A stretch of DNA of 64,000 bases from Chiloscyllium plagiosum. Taxonomy: Eukaryota. Location: NCBI RefSeq assembly GCF_004010195.1, contig NC_057718.1:2552996-2616995 (forward strand). Reading direction: 5' to 3'. The translations under genes and the position numbers were made by a program. The first letter of the stretch is position 1. Each line of letters opens with the position of its first letter. The notes under the pieces are model-generated. The model was not told the DNA's origin and did no database searches. It was given only the letters and a program-made list of their open reading frames with translations. This document shows positions 13,465-26,500 of the stretch, in pieces.

Positions 13465-13985
13465 ATGGTACTATCACTGGACAGTTAACCTGGAGATCCA
13501 GGGAATATTCTGGGGACCCGGGTTCAAATCTCACCATGGCAGATGTTGGAATTTGAATTTACTATTAAATCTGGGATTAAGAGTGTGGAACTACTGTTGA
13601 TTGTCACCAAGCCCATCTGGGTCACCAATGTCCTTCAGGGAAGGAAACTGCCATCCTTACCTGGCCTGGCCTACATGTGACTCCAGACCCACAGTGATTC
13701 TCAACTGTCCTATAGGCAACAGGGATGGGCAATAAATACTAGGTAAAAACAATGGCTGCAGATGCTGGAAACCAGATTCTGGATTAGTGGTGCTGGAAGA
13801 GCACAGCAGTTCAGGCAGCATCCAAGGAGCTTTGAAATCGACGTTTGATGAAGGGCTTTTGCCCGAAATGTCAATTTTCAAAGCTCCTTGGATGCTGCCT
13901 GAACTGCTGTGCTCTTCCAGCACCACTAAATGGGCAATAAATACTGGTCTAGCCAGCCTTGCCTTCATTCTATGGATGAATTTTA
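13465..13985 (+). mobile_element. Second tRNA-derived SINE family with LINE-derived tail
   Basis: B-box gggttcaaatc, body gggaaggaaactgccatccttacctgg, tail gggatgggcaataaat shared with the 60-290 LINE end; copies at about 50690-50830(+) and 58130-58812(-). Confidence 0.7.
13741..13929. mobile_element. Short Penelope-terminus inverted-dimer insert inside a SINE
   Basis: 16-bp TSD atgggcaataaatact (13725-13740 / 13930-13945). Confidence 0.82.
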
Positions 13986-14689
13986 AAACACCGTGAACAA
14001 GTGGTGTATTAAAAATGAGAATGAAGAGGAGGTGGTGGTACTCTCTGATGAGATTGTGTCAATGAGGATTTTGGAAAGTTAACAGGTTCTGCCTGAAGGA
14101 CAGTGAAGGTTTAAGATGGAGATTGCAGAGGGTCAAATGAGGCATGTCCAGAGGCTGGAACAGCCCTGTGAGAGGGGGAATGTGGGGGAGGGGCTGGGAG
14201 CAGGAATTTCTGTGAAGGAAAATTCCATCAGAAGCTTTCCCCTGGAGTTGGGAATGTGATGTTGATTCTGGGGCTGAGAGTGGAACGGGATCAGGATAGA
14301 ATGGCCGAATGGGCTCTTCACACCTTTTTGAACCTTATTTAGATTTTGTGTTTTTGCATTATCGTGTGTTTCGGAGTCAATCCAATAACATCATTCTCAT
14401 CCCAACACCCTCCTGTTCAACCTCCTGCTAGGACATGCAGGATGGGGTGAATAGTCTCCTGCACTATAATGATTTTGTGATTCCACCCTCGAAAAACTGA
14501 AACTCGTTAACAATGTCTGTGTCCCAGCTCAGACATCAAGTCCTTGTTTCCTGATCTCTCCCTGTAAATCATTCACACAGGACCAGCAATACCTCACCCT
14601 TAAGTTCAAATCTCCCCCATGCTCTCACCTCCTCTCTATCACTGCCATCTCCTCTGAAAGCATTGCTTTCCACTTCATGGCCACACAAG

Positions 14690-15335
14690 TAAGATAAGGT
14701 ATTAAAGAAGTTGCTTTTATTGGTCAGGGAATTGAGTACAAGAGGTAGGATGTCATGTTGCAGCTTTATAAGAATTTGGTGAGGCCACACTTAAAGCATT
14801 GTGTTCGGTTCTCTGGTCACCACATTACAGGAAAAATGTGGAGGCTTCAGAGAGGGTGCGGAGGAAGTTTACCAGGATGCTGCCTGGATTAGAGGGTATG
14901 AGCTACAAAGAGAGGCTAGAAAAAATGCTGATTGTTTTCCCTTGAGTGGCGGAAGCTGAGGGTATACTTGATTGAAGTTTATAAAATTATGAGATGCATA
15001 GATAGGATTGACGTAATAATCCTATTTCCAGAATCAAAATGTCTAACTCTAGGGGGCATGCATTTAAAGTGAAAGGGGGAGAAACCAAAAGAAATGTGAG
15101 GGCCAAGCCTTTTTACAGAGTGGTAGGAGTCTGGAACTTACTGCAGGGGTGGTGGTGGTGGAGCCAGATACAATAGGGGAGTTAACGAGACTGTTAGATA
15201 AGCACATGAATATCCAAGGAATGGAAAGTTATGGACCAAGGACTGGCAGAAGGGATTAGTTTCATTTAGCGTCATGTTTGGCATAACATCGTGGGCCAAA
15301 GGCCCCATTCTCCTGCTGTACTGTTCTACATTCTG
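14690..15335 (+). mobile_element. CR1 LINE 3' fragment
   Basis: Degenerate LQLYKNLVRPHL… and CR1 3' UTR. Confidence 0.75.
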
Positions 15336-17278
15336 TATATTCTCCAATTTGCCCTCACGCACAATTTCCCCCTTTCTCTCACTCCAACATTGTCGCTCTA
15401 CCTTCAGTTTTGGAATTCCCTTCAGACAATGTTCCACCTCTGACTTCTTTGCCTTCCCTTAAGATGCTTCTTAAAATCTTTTTGATCGAAGTTCACTTAC
15501 AGTGGAAATACTGGGGGCTTGTAATAATCACGGGTGTTTTGTATATGCATACAGCGTGGATTAATCATATTGGCAAGGGTAGCAAGAGAGAGCTCAATGT
15601 ATTCAAGATTGTTTCTTGGAGTAATATGTTATGGAACTAGCTGGAGAGCAGGCTATTCTGGACTTGGTAATGTACATTGAGGTGGGATTAATTAATGATC
15701 TCAGAAAAGCATCCTCCAGGGAGGAAGGATCATAGTATGCCAGAATTTGAAATACATTTGAAGGGTGAGAAACTGGAGTCCCACATTAGTGTTTTGGAGT
15801 TAAACAAAAGTAATTACAGAGACAAAGACAGATTTGGTGGTAGTGGACTGGACAGCAAGACAAGTATAACTTATGGGAATCATTTTATTGTTCATAGATT
15901 CCCTACAGTGCAGATTGAGGCCATTCAGCCCTTTAAGTCTGCACCAAATATCCAAACGTTTTCTCCCTTATTCCTCCATTTACTATGGCCAATCTGCCTA
16001 ACTTGCACATCTCTGCATACTATGGGGCAATTTCCTATGGCCAATCCACCTAACCTGTACATGTTTGTACTGTTGGAGGAAACTGGAGCACCTGGAGACT
16101 GGGGAATGTGCAATCTCCATACAAACAATTGCTGAAGGCTACAATCTAACCCAAATCCTGGGTTCATGTGTTATGAGGCAGCAGTGCTAACCACTGAGTC
16201 ACTGTGTCGGGACAGTTGATGAGGTGTAGCAGATGTTTAAGGAAATAATTTATCCCAACTAAAATATATTCTAGAAAGGAAGAAAGATTGTAAGAGATAA
16301 ATAAACCATCCATGGCTAAGCAAGGACATTAAAGATAATATAAAAACAAAAACAAAAGCATACAATTTTGCAAAGGCAAGAGGCAGGCTGGAAGATTGGG
16401 AAATAAACTTTCTCACTTAGTGAGTCATTAGAGAATAGAACACATTGTCTGGAAATGTGATGGAGGGCATGTTCAACTGAGGCATTCAAGAGGGGCATTG
16501 GCTGGTTATTTCGATAGAAATGGTCTGTAGAAATATGGGCAAAAGGCAGGAGATTGGTACTAAGTAATAGCATCAGATTAAATAATACAGCCATGACAAG
16601 CATAATGGACTGCATGGCCTCTTTCTGCGCAATAATAATTCTGTGATTCTAGGGAAACTCTCCACCACAAGGGGACAGGGTGAAAAGTCTACAAAGGCGG
16701 TTGCCACGTCATCCACTGAGGGGCAGATAGTTTTGTCCTCCCCACAGAAGGATGGGAAGTGAGGGAGAAATGTCTTCCTGTGGAGATCCTTCTGTCCCTC
16801 TGACCCCATCCGTGTGTGTTCCCTCGGAGCAGGAATCAGTCGGGTTCCAGACTGGGCTTGGGGTCACTCCACGGTTTGGTGCCAGTCCAGAGATTTCATG
16901 CCCACTTTGATCAGGTCTCAATGTGCAGATGTTTAAATCTAAAGTTCATACTGTTATGGGTGGACTCGGACTCACACTGTCTGGATTATTAGTCTCAGAT
17001 TTGACTAATTCACAATGTTTGAGTCTGAAGCCCACTCCTATCGCAGGCTGCCCCTGGTTTGGCTGAGTGTTTGAGTGAAATATTGAGTGAATATTGTTGC
17101 AGTGATGATGATGATGAGCTTGGTGATGATTGTCACTGTTGGATGGTTGCTGGTGAGGGATTGTTCGACAGTGAATAGGTTTTTACAGTTCCCAGTAGGT
17201 GCTCAGTTGGCAGTGATGAGTTGTCAGTTTTGTATCTGATGTTGGACCCTGTGTTTATTCCCTTCTGTGTAGGTGACA

Positions 17279-17530
17279 ATGGCGAGTGTGTTGTCTCGAC
17301 GTCTGGGTAAACGATCATTGCTTGGTGCCACTGTTCACACCCCCAGTCCTTCCGGGAGTGGGATCCTTATTCCTGGTGTTATACAAGCGTACCGACTAGA
17401 TTCTGGGAAAGGCAACTCCTCCTACACTGTCTCATTTGAGGATGGTCAGTTTAAGGAGTACAGCGAGGACAGCATCATCGGGCCAGGGTTCCAGAGTCTC
17501 TCTCGTTTCAAACTCTACCCGGGGCAGAGG
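17279..17530 (+). CDS. ZNF395: ZNF395-like coding exon 1 (MASVLSRR...PGQR)
   Basis: Acceptor ctgtgtag ends 17272, ATG at 17279, donor GTAAGT at 17531, phase 0. Confidence 0.93.
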
Positions 17531-20500
17531 GTAAGTGCGGCTGACTGCAGGTGGAGTGCTCCTGGGTAGCTGGATGCCTGTCTCAGGGGGTGGGGGCAGA
17601 ATCCTGGGGCAGAGGGTAACTAAGGGAGGCAGTGAAAACCCACTTTCCCTTTCTGCGTCACCACATCTCCCATTCGGACTGATGTGGGAGTTGTTCCCCT
17701 GAGGTGGCTAAGATAGTCTCCTCGACTCTTTCCAGGGCCAAAGGGGTTAACACATGAAGAATGGTGAAACAAGTTAGAGCTCCAGCCACTGGAGTTTAGA
17801 GGAATAAGAGGTGACCTTATTGTAACATAACAGATTCTGAGGGGACAGAATATGATGGATACCTGGGAAATGATTCCTCTTGTGAGGGAGAAGAAAACTA
17901 GGGATACAATTTAGAATCCCTACAGTGCCGATAGAGGACATTCAGCCCGTCAAGTCTGCACCAACCCTCCGAAAAGCATCCCACCCTATCCCCATATCTA
18001 ATCCACCTAGCCTACACACTATGGGCTATTTAGCACGGCCAATCCACCTAACTTACACATCTTTGGACTGTGGGAGGAAACCGGAGCACCCGGAGGAAAC
18101 CCACGCAGATACGGGGAGAATGTGCAAACTCCACACAGACAGTCATCCGAGGTGGGAATTGAACTCAGGTCCCTGGCGCTTTGAGGCAGCAGTGCTAACC
18201 ACTGAGCCACCCATTCAAAAATAAGACGACCCCATGAGATGGAGATTTGAAATATTTTCTCTCAGAGATTTGTTAGACTCTCATCCACAGAAGCTGGTGG
18301 AGGCTGGGATTATAAATTTAAGACTAGGTTATAGTTGGATTGACATAGAACTTATTGAATGGTGGGACAGCCTTGTAAGGCTGAGTAGCTTACTCCTGCC
18401 CTGGTGTATGGGAGGAATAGAGTAGAGAGGGTGCAGAGTTTGGTTTCTGTTGAGTGTTGGGCCCAGGGTGAATTGAATGGGTGATGTAGCTAGCACCCTC
18501 CTCCCCCTCACAAGCTGACGATGGTGGTTTCTTGGCCCAGGTTTATCTAACCCACAGTGGACGGGAGTATGTGGGGCTGGTCGAGCAACACAATCACCTG
18601 GACAACGAGGTCCTGGTCTACGTGAAGGAGCTGGACCTGCGCTCGCTGAGGAAAATTGAAGATGTCCGATTGGCGGAGAGCCGGAAGTCACCGCGCCTCC
18701 AGGAACAGGAGAGGGAGAATCTGAGAGCAACGAGCAAACAGACAGAGAGCAAGAGGATCCACTGCTCGGAGAGCATTGATATCCCTCCAAGGTAGGCCTG
18801 GAGTGCAGGGTGGGGAGAGAAGGAGGGGCTGGAGAACAGCTGGACCAGGTCCTATCAGCTCCAGGGTTTGGGGATTGGTGGGTGGGTAGGGAGAGGGGGA
18901 TGTGGAGGGAAGGAGAGATTCCAAGAGAATATTCCAAGGTATTCCCAGAAAATCCCAGGATGGTTAGTGTCAGAGTCATCAAGGCATTTACAGTGCAGAA
19001 CAATGCCATTCACCCCATTGAAACCATGCTAGCTTCTTGTGGATTAATCTGGTCAGTCCCACTTCCCTGCTATATCCCTGTATACAATAAGATCATTTCC
19101 CTTGAGCCTGTGGCATGTCTTTTTGAAATCAAAGATTGTTCACTATCCAATGACCTTGCAGGTAGAGAGTTCAAGGTCATTGCCACTTGCTGGATGTAAA
19201 GATTCTTTTTCAAATTCCTCCTTCTTCTCTCCCCCAAAATCTTAAATCTATGTCTCCCTACAAACAGTTACCAGGAAGATCTTTTCCCTGGTCCGTCGTA
19301 TCAAAACCTCCCATAATCTTTTAAACCTTGATCTAGTCTCTCCTCAGTCTCTTTTGCTCCATGGGAGACAATCCCAGCATCTCCAGCTTAATTCTGTTCC
19401 CAATCTGGTAAATCTCCACATTAACCCAATAATATAAACATCTTTCCATTAACACCAGAGGTTGAGTCTGTGGCATGTCTTTTTGAAACCAAAGATTGTT
19501 CACTATCCAATGACCTTGCAGGTAGAGAGTTCAAGGTCATTGCCACTTGCTGGATGTAAAGATTCTTTTTCAAATTCCTCCTTCTTCTCTCGCCCAAAAT
19601 CTTAAATCTATGTCTCCCTACAAACAGTTACCAGGAAGACCTTTTCCCTGGTCCGTCGTATCAAAACCTCCCATAATCTTTTAAACCTCGATCTAGTCTC
19701 TCCTCAGTCTCTTTTGCTCCATGGGAGACAATCCCAGCATCTCCGGCTTAATTCTGTTCCCAATCTGGTAAATCTCCACATTAATCCAATAATATAAACA
19801 TCTTTCCATTAACACCAGAGGGGTATGCAGTCACCTGCTTTCTGACCAAAGGCTGGATTTAATCACTGTTCCAGTAGGACTTTCTGATCATTTTCATTAA
19901 GCTAAGATCCCATCACTGAAGTAATCAACTAATCTGCCTCTGTTTTGACTCCAAATTTGAAAAATGAAATACAACTATATTTACATAAGTGTTGTCCTAA
20001 AAATCAACTGTGGTACGTGTATGGAATGAGCTGCCAGAGGAAGTGGTGGAGGCTGGTACAATTGCAACATTTAAAAGGCATCTGGATAGGTATATGAATA
20101 GGAAGGGTTTGGAGGGATATGGGCTGGGTGCTGGCAGGTGGGACTAGATTGGGTTGGGATATCTGGTCGGCATGGACGGGTTGGACTGAAGGGTCTCTAT
20201 GACTCTATAACATAGAACAGCACAGCAGAGTACAAGCTCGTTGGCCTTTGATGTGTCAACGTTTTATGCTACTCTAAGATCAAACTAACCTACACTGAGT
20301 GGTTGTGCAAGCCACTCGGTTGAAGGATAGTTAGGGATGGGTAACAATTGTAGGTCCACCTCATTCTCAGAAACCAGTTCCAGCAATCTCAGCACAAGAG
20401 GCTGCTGCATAAGATAGCAATGCATGGTGTTAGGGATAGGGTATTAACATGGATAGAGGATTGGTTGATTAACAGGAAGCAAAGAGTGGGGACAAATGAG

Positions 20501-23500
20501 TGTTATATTGGCTGGCAATCAGTGACTAGTATCGAGAGTGTGGTGCTGGAAAAGCACAACAGATCAGGCAGCACCCGAGGAGCAGGAGAATTGACCTATC
20601 GGGCAAAAGCAATCTCCAGCATTTGCAGTCCTCATTTTTGCCTGATCAGTGACTAGTGGTGTGCCTCAGGGATTGGTGTTGGGACCGCAGTTATTTACAA
20701 CCTATACCAATGATTTGGAGTTGGGGACCACGTGTAGGGTGTCAAAATTTGCAGATGGGCACTCAGATGGGCAGAGGACTGTGAAACTTTGCGGAGGAAC
20801 ATAGATACATTGAGTGAGTGGGCAAAGGTCTGGCAGATGGAATACAATGTTCGTAAATGTGAAGTCATATATTTTGGTAGGAGTAATAGTAAAAAGGATT
20901 ATTAATTGAATGGTAAAAAGTTGCAGCATGCTGCAATGCAGAGGGACCTGGGTGTCCTTGTGCATGAATCATAGAGGTTGGACTGCAGTTACAACACATA
21001 ATTAGGAAGGCAAATGGAGTTTGTCCTTCATTGTTAAAGTGATTGAGTTTAAAAGCAGGGAGGTTATGTTGCAGCTGTACAAGGTGCTGGTGAGGCCACA
21101 CCTGGAGTACTGTGTACAGATTTGGTCTCCTTATTTAAGAAAGGATGTACTGGCACTGGAGGGGGTGCAGAGGAGGTTCACTGGGTTGATTCCGGAGTTG
21201 ATGGGGTTGGGTTATGAGGAGAGACTGAGTAGACCGGGATCATATTCATTGGAATTCAGAAGGATGAGGGGGGGGATCTGACAGAAACACATAAAATTAA
21301 GAAGGGAATTGATAAGATAGAAGTAGCGAGGATGTTTCCATTGGCAGGCGAAGCTAGGACAAGAGGGCATAGCCTCAAGGTTAGAGGGAGCAGGTTTAGG
21401 ACTGAATCAAAAAGGAACTTTTTCACCAGAGGGTTGGGAATTTATGGAACTCCTTCTCCAGGGAAGTAGTTGACGTTATTTCAGTAAAAGCTTTTTAAAG
21501 CTAAGGTGGATTTGTTTTTTTGAACAGTAAAGGGATTAAAAGTTATGGTGAGAGGTAAGTGGGTCTGAGTCCATGAAAAGATCAGTCATGATCTTATTGA
21601 GTGGCGGAGCAAGCTCGAAGGGCCAGATGGCCTACTCCTGCTCCTGGTTCTTATGGTCTTATTGGAAATAGACTAGTCAATGAAGTACCCCTGCACCCCC
21701 CCAACCCTGAATGTAGTAGCCAGAGAGTGGGGGGTTGCAGTTGGTGGGGGGTAGGAACAGCCCTATTCTCCTGCTGGGTTAATAGAGTGAATCCAGCTGC
21801 TGGGACACAGTAGGGAGCTGGGTTGATGTGTAGTGTTAAACAAAATCTCTGTTAATACTGTGCAGTTGCTTGGTGAATTCTGGGCCCTGTTAGATGACAA
21901 TACAACCATATGGAGGGGAAGTAGGCTATTCAGCCCATCTGGAAAGGGCATTTTATTTTAATAAAAACTTTACACATTAATGGGTCATGGGTATTGCTGT
22001 CTGGCCCAGCATTTATTGCCAATCCCTAGTTGCCATTGAGAAGGTGGGGATGAGCTGCATTCTTGGAGTATTGCACCCACCTGCTGTGGGTTGACCCACA
22101 ATGTTCTTCGGGAGGGAATTCCAGGATTTTGACCCAGTGACAGTGAAGGAACAGCGATTATATTTCCAAGTCAGGATGGTGAGTGGCTTGAGGGGGATCT
22201 TGCAGGGGATGGTGTTCCCATGAATCTGCTGCCAATGTCCCTCTGGATTGAAATGGTTGTGTGTTTGGAAGGTGCTGTCTGAGGATATTTGGTGAATTTC
22301 TCCAGTGTATCAGTGGTGGAGGGAGTGGATGTTTATGGATGTGGATATTGAAAGCTCCCATTTGATATCAGTAACTAACTCACACTTCTGATCTTATCCA
22401 GAGGCCCAGGAGTGGTCGATATGGATGAAGTCATGGCGGCCATGGTACTGACCAGTTTGTCATCCAGCCCATTGGTCAACAGCCCCTTGAACAGCAGCAC
22501 CATGCCAGGTAGGAACACCGATGTTTACAGAGCACCAGCGAGCTGAGGGGCTGTCCTACCGGAGTCTGTGTACCCAGGGCAGGGCACTGTGTGGCTGTCT
22601 GAGCTGGTATGGTTACTGCCTGTACCAGCTCTCCTGCACACGGTGTAACTGCACTCAAAGCTGTGGGGCCCAGGCACATTGCCCCGGGGACAGTGGGGTA
22701 AGCAGTGAGTGAGTGAACCCTCTTGTATGTTTTGTCCCTGTGTCAGGATTGGCTGAATCTGGGAGTGAGACCACGAGTGGGAGCAGCGGCATATGGAGCT
22801 GGGGCAGCGATACCCCCTCTCCCGCCACACCGCCATTCGGCCAGTCTGCTGGGCTAGCTCAGGGAGGGGATAGCTCTGAACGATATAGCACACAGCCCCT
22901 ACTGCTTGAGGAACCGACAGCTCGCAAACGGAAGGTAAGTGATGGGGAGTTGGGGGGTGTGGGTTGGGGGAAAGTGAGTGTGGGGAGGGACATGATGGGG
23001 TAGAAAGTAGTTGGGTGTGAGGGAAGAGAGTTGGGGGTGTGTGGCGGAAAGGAAGAAGGGGACGGGAGTAAGAGAGCAAGGTTTGGGAAAGGGGGTGAGG
23101 GGTGGGGGTAGGAGCAGCAGACCTGTGGAGGGTCTGGGGACTAAGGGAGACAGCAGTATTAGATCCCTAAGCATTTGACCTCAGTGTTATTCCCCTGTCC
23201 ATTCCCCATAGCCCAGCACAGTGTCTGTTTCAGTAACTGACCAATGCTCCTCTTGAATGCCTCAGTTGAACCCATCTTCTAGCCCATTTCCTGCCAGCCC
23301 ATCCCATACTGTCACGACTCGCTGGGTGAAAATGTTTGTTTCTCACATCACGCTTGATTCTTTTACAAAACATTTTAAAACTTGACCCAGTTCTGACTTC
23401 CTCCCTCTCCACGCTGTCTAGCTTCTTCATAAGTTTGAAAAGACCAGAAGACCATCAGAACTAGGAGCAAAATTAGGCCATTCAGCCCATTGAGTCTGCT

Positions 23501-26500
23501 CTGCCATTTGGTCATGGCTGATATGTTTCTCAACCCTATTCTCCTGCCTCCTCTGTGTAACCCTTGATCTCCCTCACTAATCAATAACCTTTCTATCTCT
23601 GACTTGAATACACTCAGTGACTTGGTCTCCACAGCCCTCTGCGGCAATGAGTTCCAGGATTCCCCACCCTCGGGCTGAAGAAATTCCTCTTCATCTCTGT
23701 TCTAAAGGATCATCCCTTCACTCCGAGGTTGTGGGTTTGGGTCCTAGTCTCTCCTGCTTGTGGAAACATCTTCTCCATGTCCGTTCTCTCCAGGCCTCTC
23801 AGTATTCTCTAAGATTCAGTCAGATCCCCTTCATCTTTCTAAACTCCATTGAGAACAGACCCAGAGTCCTCAATCGCTCCTCATGTGACAAGCCCTTTAT
23901 CTCCTGGATCATTCTTGTGAACCTCCTCTGGATCTCCTCCAATACCAGCACATCCTCCCTTAAATACTGGGCCTGAAACTGCTCACAATATTCCAAACGC
24001 GATCTGACCAGAGCTTTTTGCAGCTTCTGCAATGTATCTCTGCTCTTGAATTCTCGCCTTCTTGAAGTGAATGCTAACATTGCAATTGCTTTCCTAACTG
24101 CCACTGAACCTGTGTGTTAAACTGAAGAGAATCCTGAACTTGGACTCCCAAGTCCCTTTCAGATTTCTGAAGCCTTTTGCCATTTAGAAAATAGTCCATG
24201 CCTCTATTCTTCCTGCCAAAATTCATAACCTCACACTTTCCCACACTGTATTCCATCTGTCACTTCTTTACCCACTTTCCCCCAAGTCCTGCTGCAGCCT
24301 CCCTACGTCCTCAATATTACCCATCCACCACCTATCTTTGTGTCACCTGCAAATTTAACAACAATGCCCTTAGATCCCTCGTGCAGACTGTTCATGTTAA
24401 ACTTCTTTTAAATCTCCTTCTCTCTGAGGAAAACAGTTCCTGCTTCTCTCATGTATCCACATCAAAGGCGTCTTATCTTTGGACCGATTCTCATAGGTCT
24501 CTTCTGCACTTTTCCATTTCCGTAGAAACATAGAATCATCGAAAATAGCAGCAGGAGTTGGCCATTCAGCCCTTCGAGTTTGCTCTACCATTCAATATGA
24601 TCATAACTGATCATTGAACTCAGTCCCCTCATCCCATCCTCCACCCCCCCAATACCCATTGATTCCTTTACACCTAGGGACTATATCTAACTTCTTCTTG
24701 AAAACATTCAATGTTTTGGCCTCAGCCACTTCCCACAGTCCAGAATTCCACAGGCTCCTCAATCTCCAGGTGAAGACATTTCTTCTCTTAAAAACCAAAA
24801 GAACAGAGGATGCTGTACATCGGGAACAAAAACAGAAAATGCTGGAAAAGCTCAGCAGGTCTGACAGCATCTGTGGAGAGAAATCAGAGTTAATGTTTCA
24901 AGTCCAGTGACCGCTCCTCCGAATGTTTCTCCTCATCTCCATCCTAAATGGCCTTTTCCTTATCCTGTAACTGTGACCCCTCCACTACTGGGAACGTCGT
25001 TTCTGCTTTTACCATGTCTAGTCCTGTTAGAATTTTGGAGGTTTCTTTGAGATCACCCCTCATTCAGCTAAACTCCAGTGAATGTAATCCTAACCAATCC
25101 AGTCACCTCTTGTGTGTCAGTCCTGCCTTCTCAGGAATCAGTCTGGTAAACCTCCATTGCTCTCCCTCCATCACCAGAATATCCTTCCTCTGATAAGAAG
25201 ATCAAAACTGCATACAATATTCTAGGTGTGGGGGCTGTCGTGTAATCCCCAGGACTGCAGCTGAGACCGAAGCAATGACTTATGTAAATTCATCATAATC
25301 TCCCTGCTCTTGGATTCACAGCCTCCGTTTATTAATATTGTATGTTTTCTGAACAGCCCTTTGAACTTCTCCTGCAACCTTTAATAATTTGTGCATATAT
25401 ATATATACTGAGGTCTTTCTGCTCCTGTACAGCCTTCAGAGTTGTACCCCTTATTTTATATCATCTATCTATGTTCTTTTATTGACATGCATCACCTCCG
25501 ACCCCTCAATATTAAACTTCATCTGCCCCCCTCACCTCCACCCCACCAACCTGTCAATGTCCTTTCAGAGTTCCACACTGTTCTCCCCTCAGTTTACAAT
25601 CCTTTTAAGTTTTGTACCATCTGCACTCTGTGAAACTGCCCCTGTTCACCAAGATCCAGGCCAGTAATATTTATCAGGAAAAGCAAGGATCCCAATCCTT
25701 ATCCCTAAGGGATCTCACTATCATCCAGCCTGACATATATCCATTGACCTTTCTCTCTGTTTTCTGTCACTCAGTTTTGTATCCACATTGTGACTGTCTC
25801 CTGTCACACCAAGATCTATAGCCTTCTTCACCAGTCTGTTGTGTGCCACTGTAGCAGACACCATCTGGAAATCCATGTACAACATCACCCTCATCAACTC
25901 TTTCTGTTACCCCTTCAAAAAACTCCAGCAAGTTGGTTAAACACAATCTCCTCTTTTAAAAACCCATGACAATGCTATTTTCTCTTTTTATTTATACCCA
26001 GAAATGCTATCACACACAACTGCATGACTTTCCCATCACCAACATCACCTGGATTCTATTTGTCGTTTTTGAACACTAACCATCACCAATAAAACACACC
26101 GTAGCTAGTGAAATATCGACCAGCATAGCTTACTATGGACAATATTATAGTGACTGTCCCAAACTAATCCCATTGATTCTATCCCAAGTTAATATTGATA
26201 GATATTCCCTCCCAGCACAGTTAAGCTAAGTGCTCTGTAGCTGCTGGGATGATATTGACAATCTCTTGTGAACAAGGATGTCATAGTTACCATTCTCCCC
26301 CCGGCACCAGCCCTGGATCCTGGGAATACTGCTCCCCAATTACCACTGCCATAGGGGTTCAGGAGAAAAACAGACTAGTGGGGAGTGGGGCCGATGGGGG
26401 TGGGGAGACAGACTGACTGGGGGGGTCTCGGTGCAGGGGGGGGAGATGCCTGGATGTGGGTGGGGGCAATGTCTGGGAGCGTCCCTGCCTCCACACTCCA

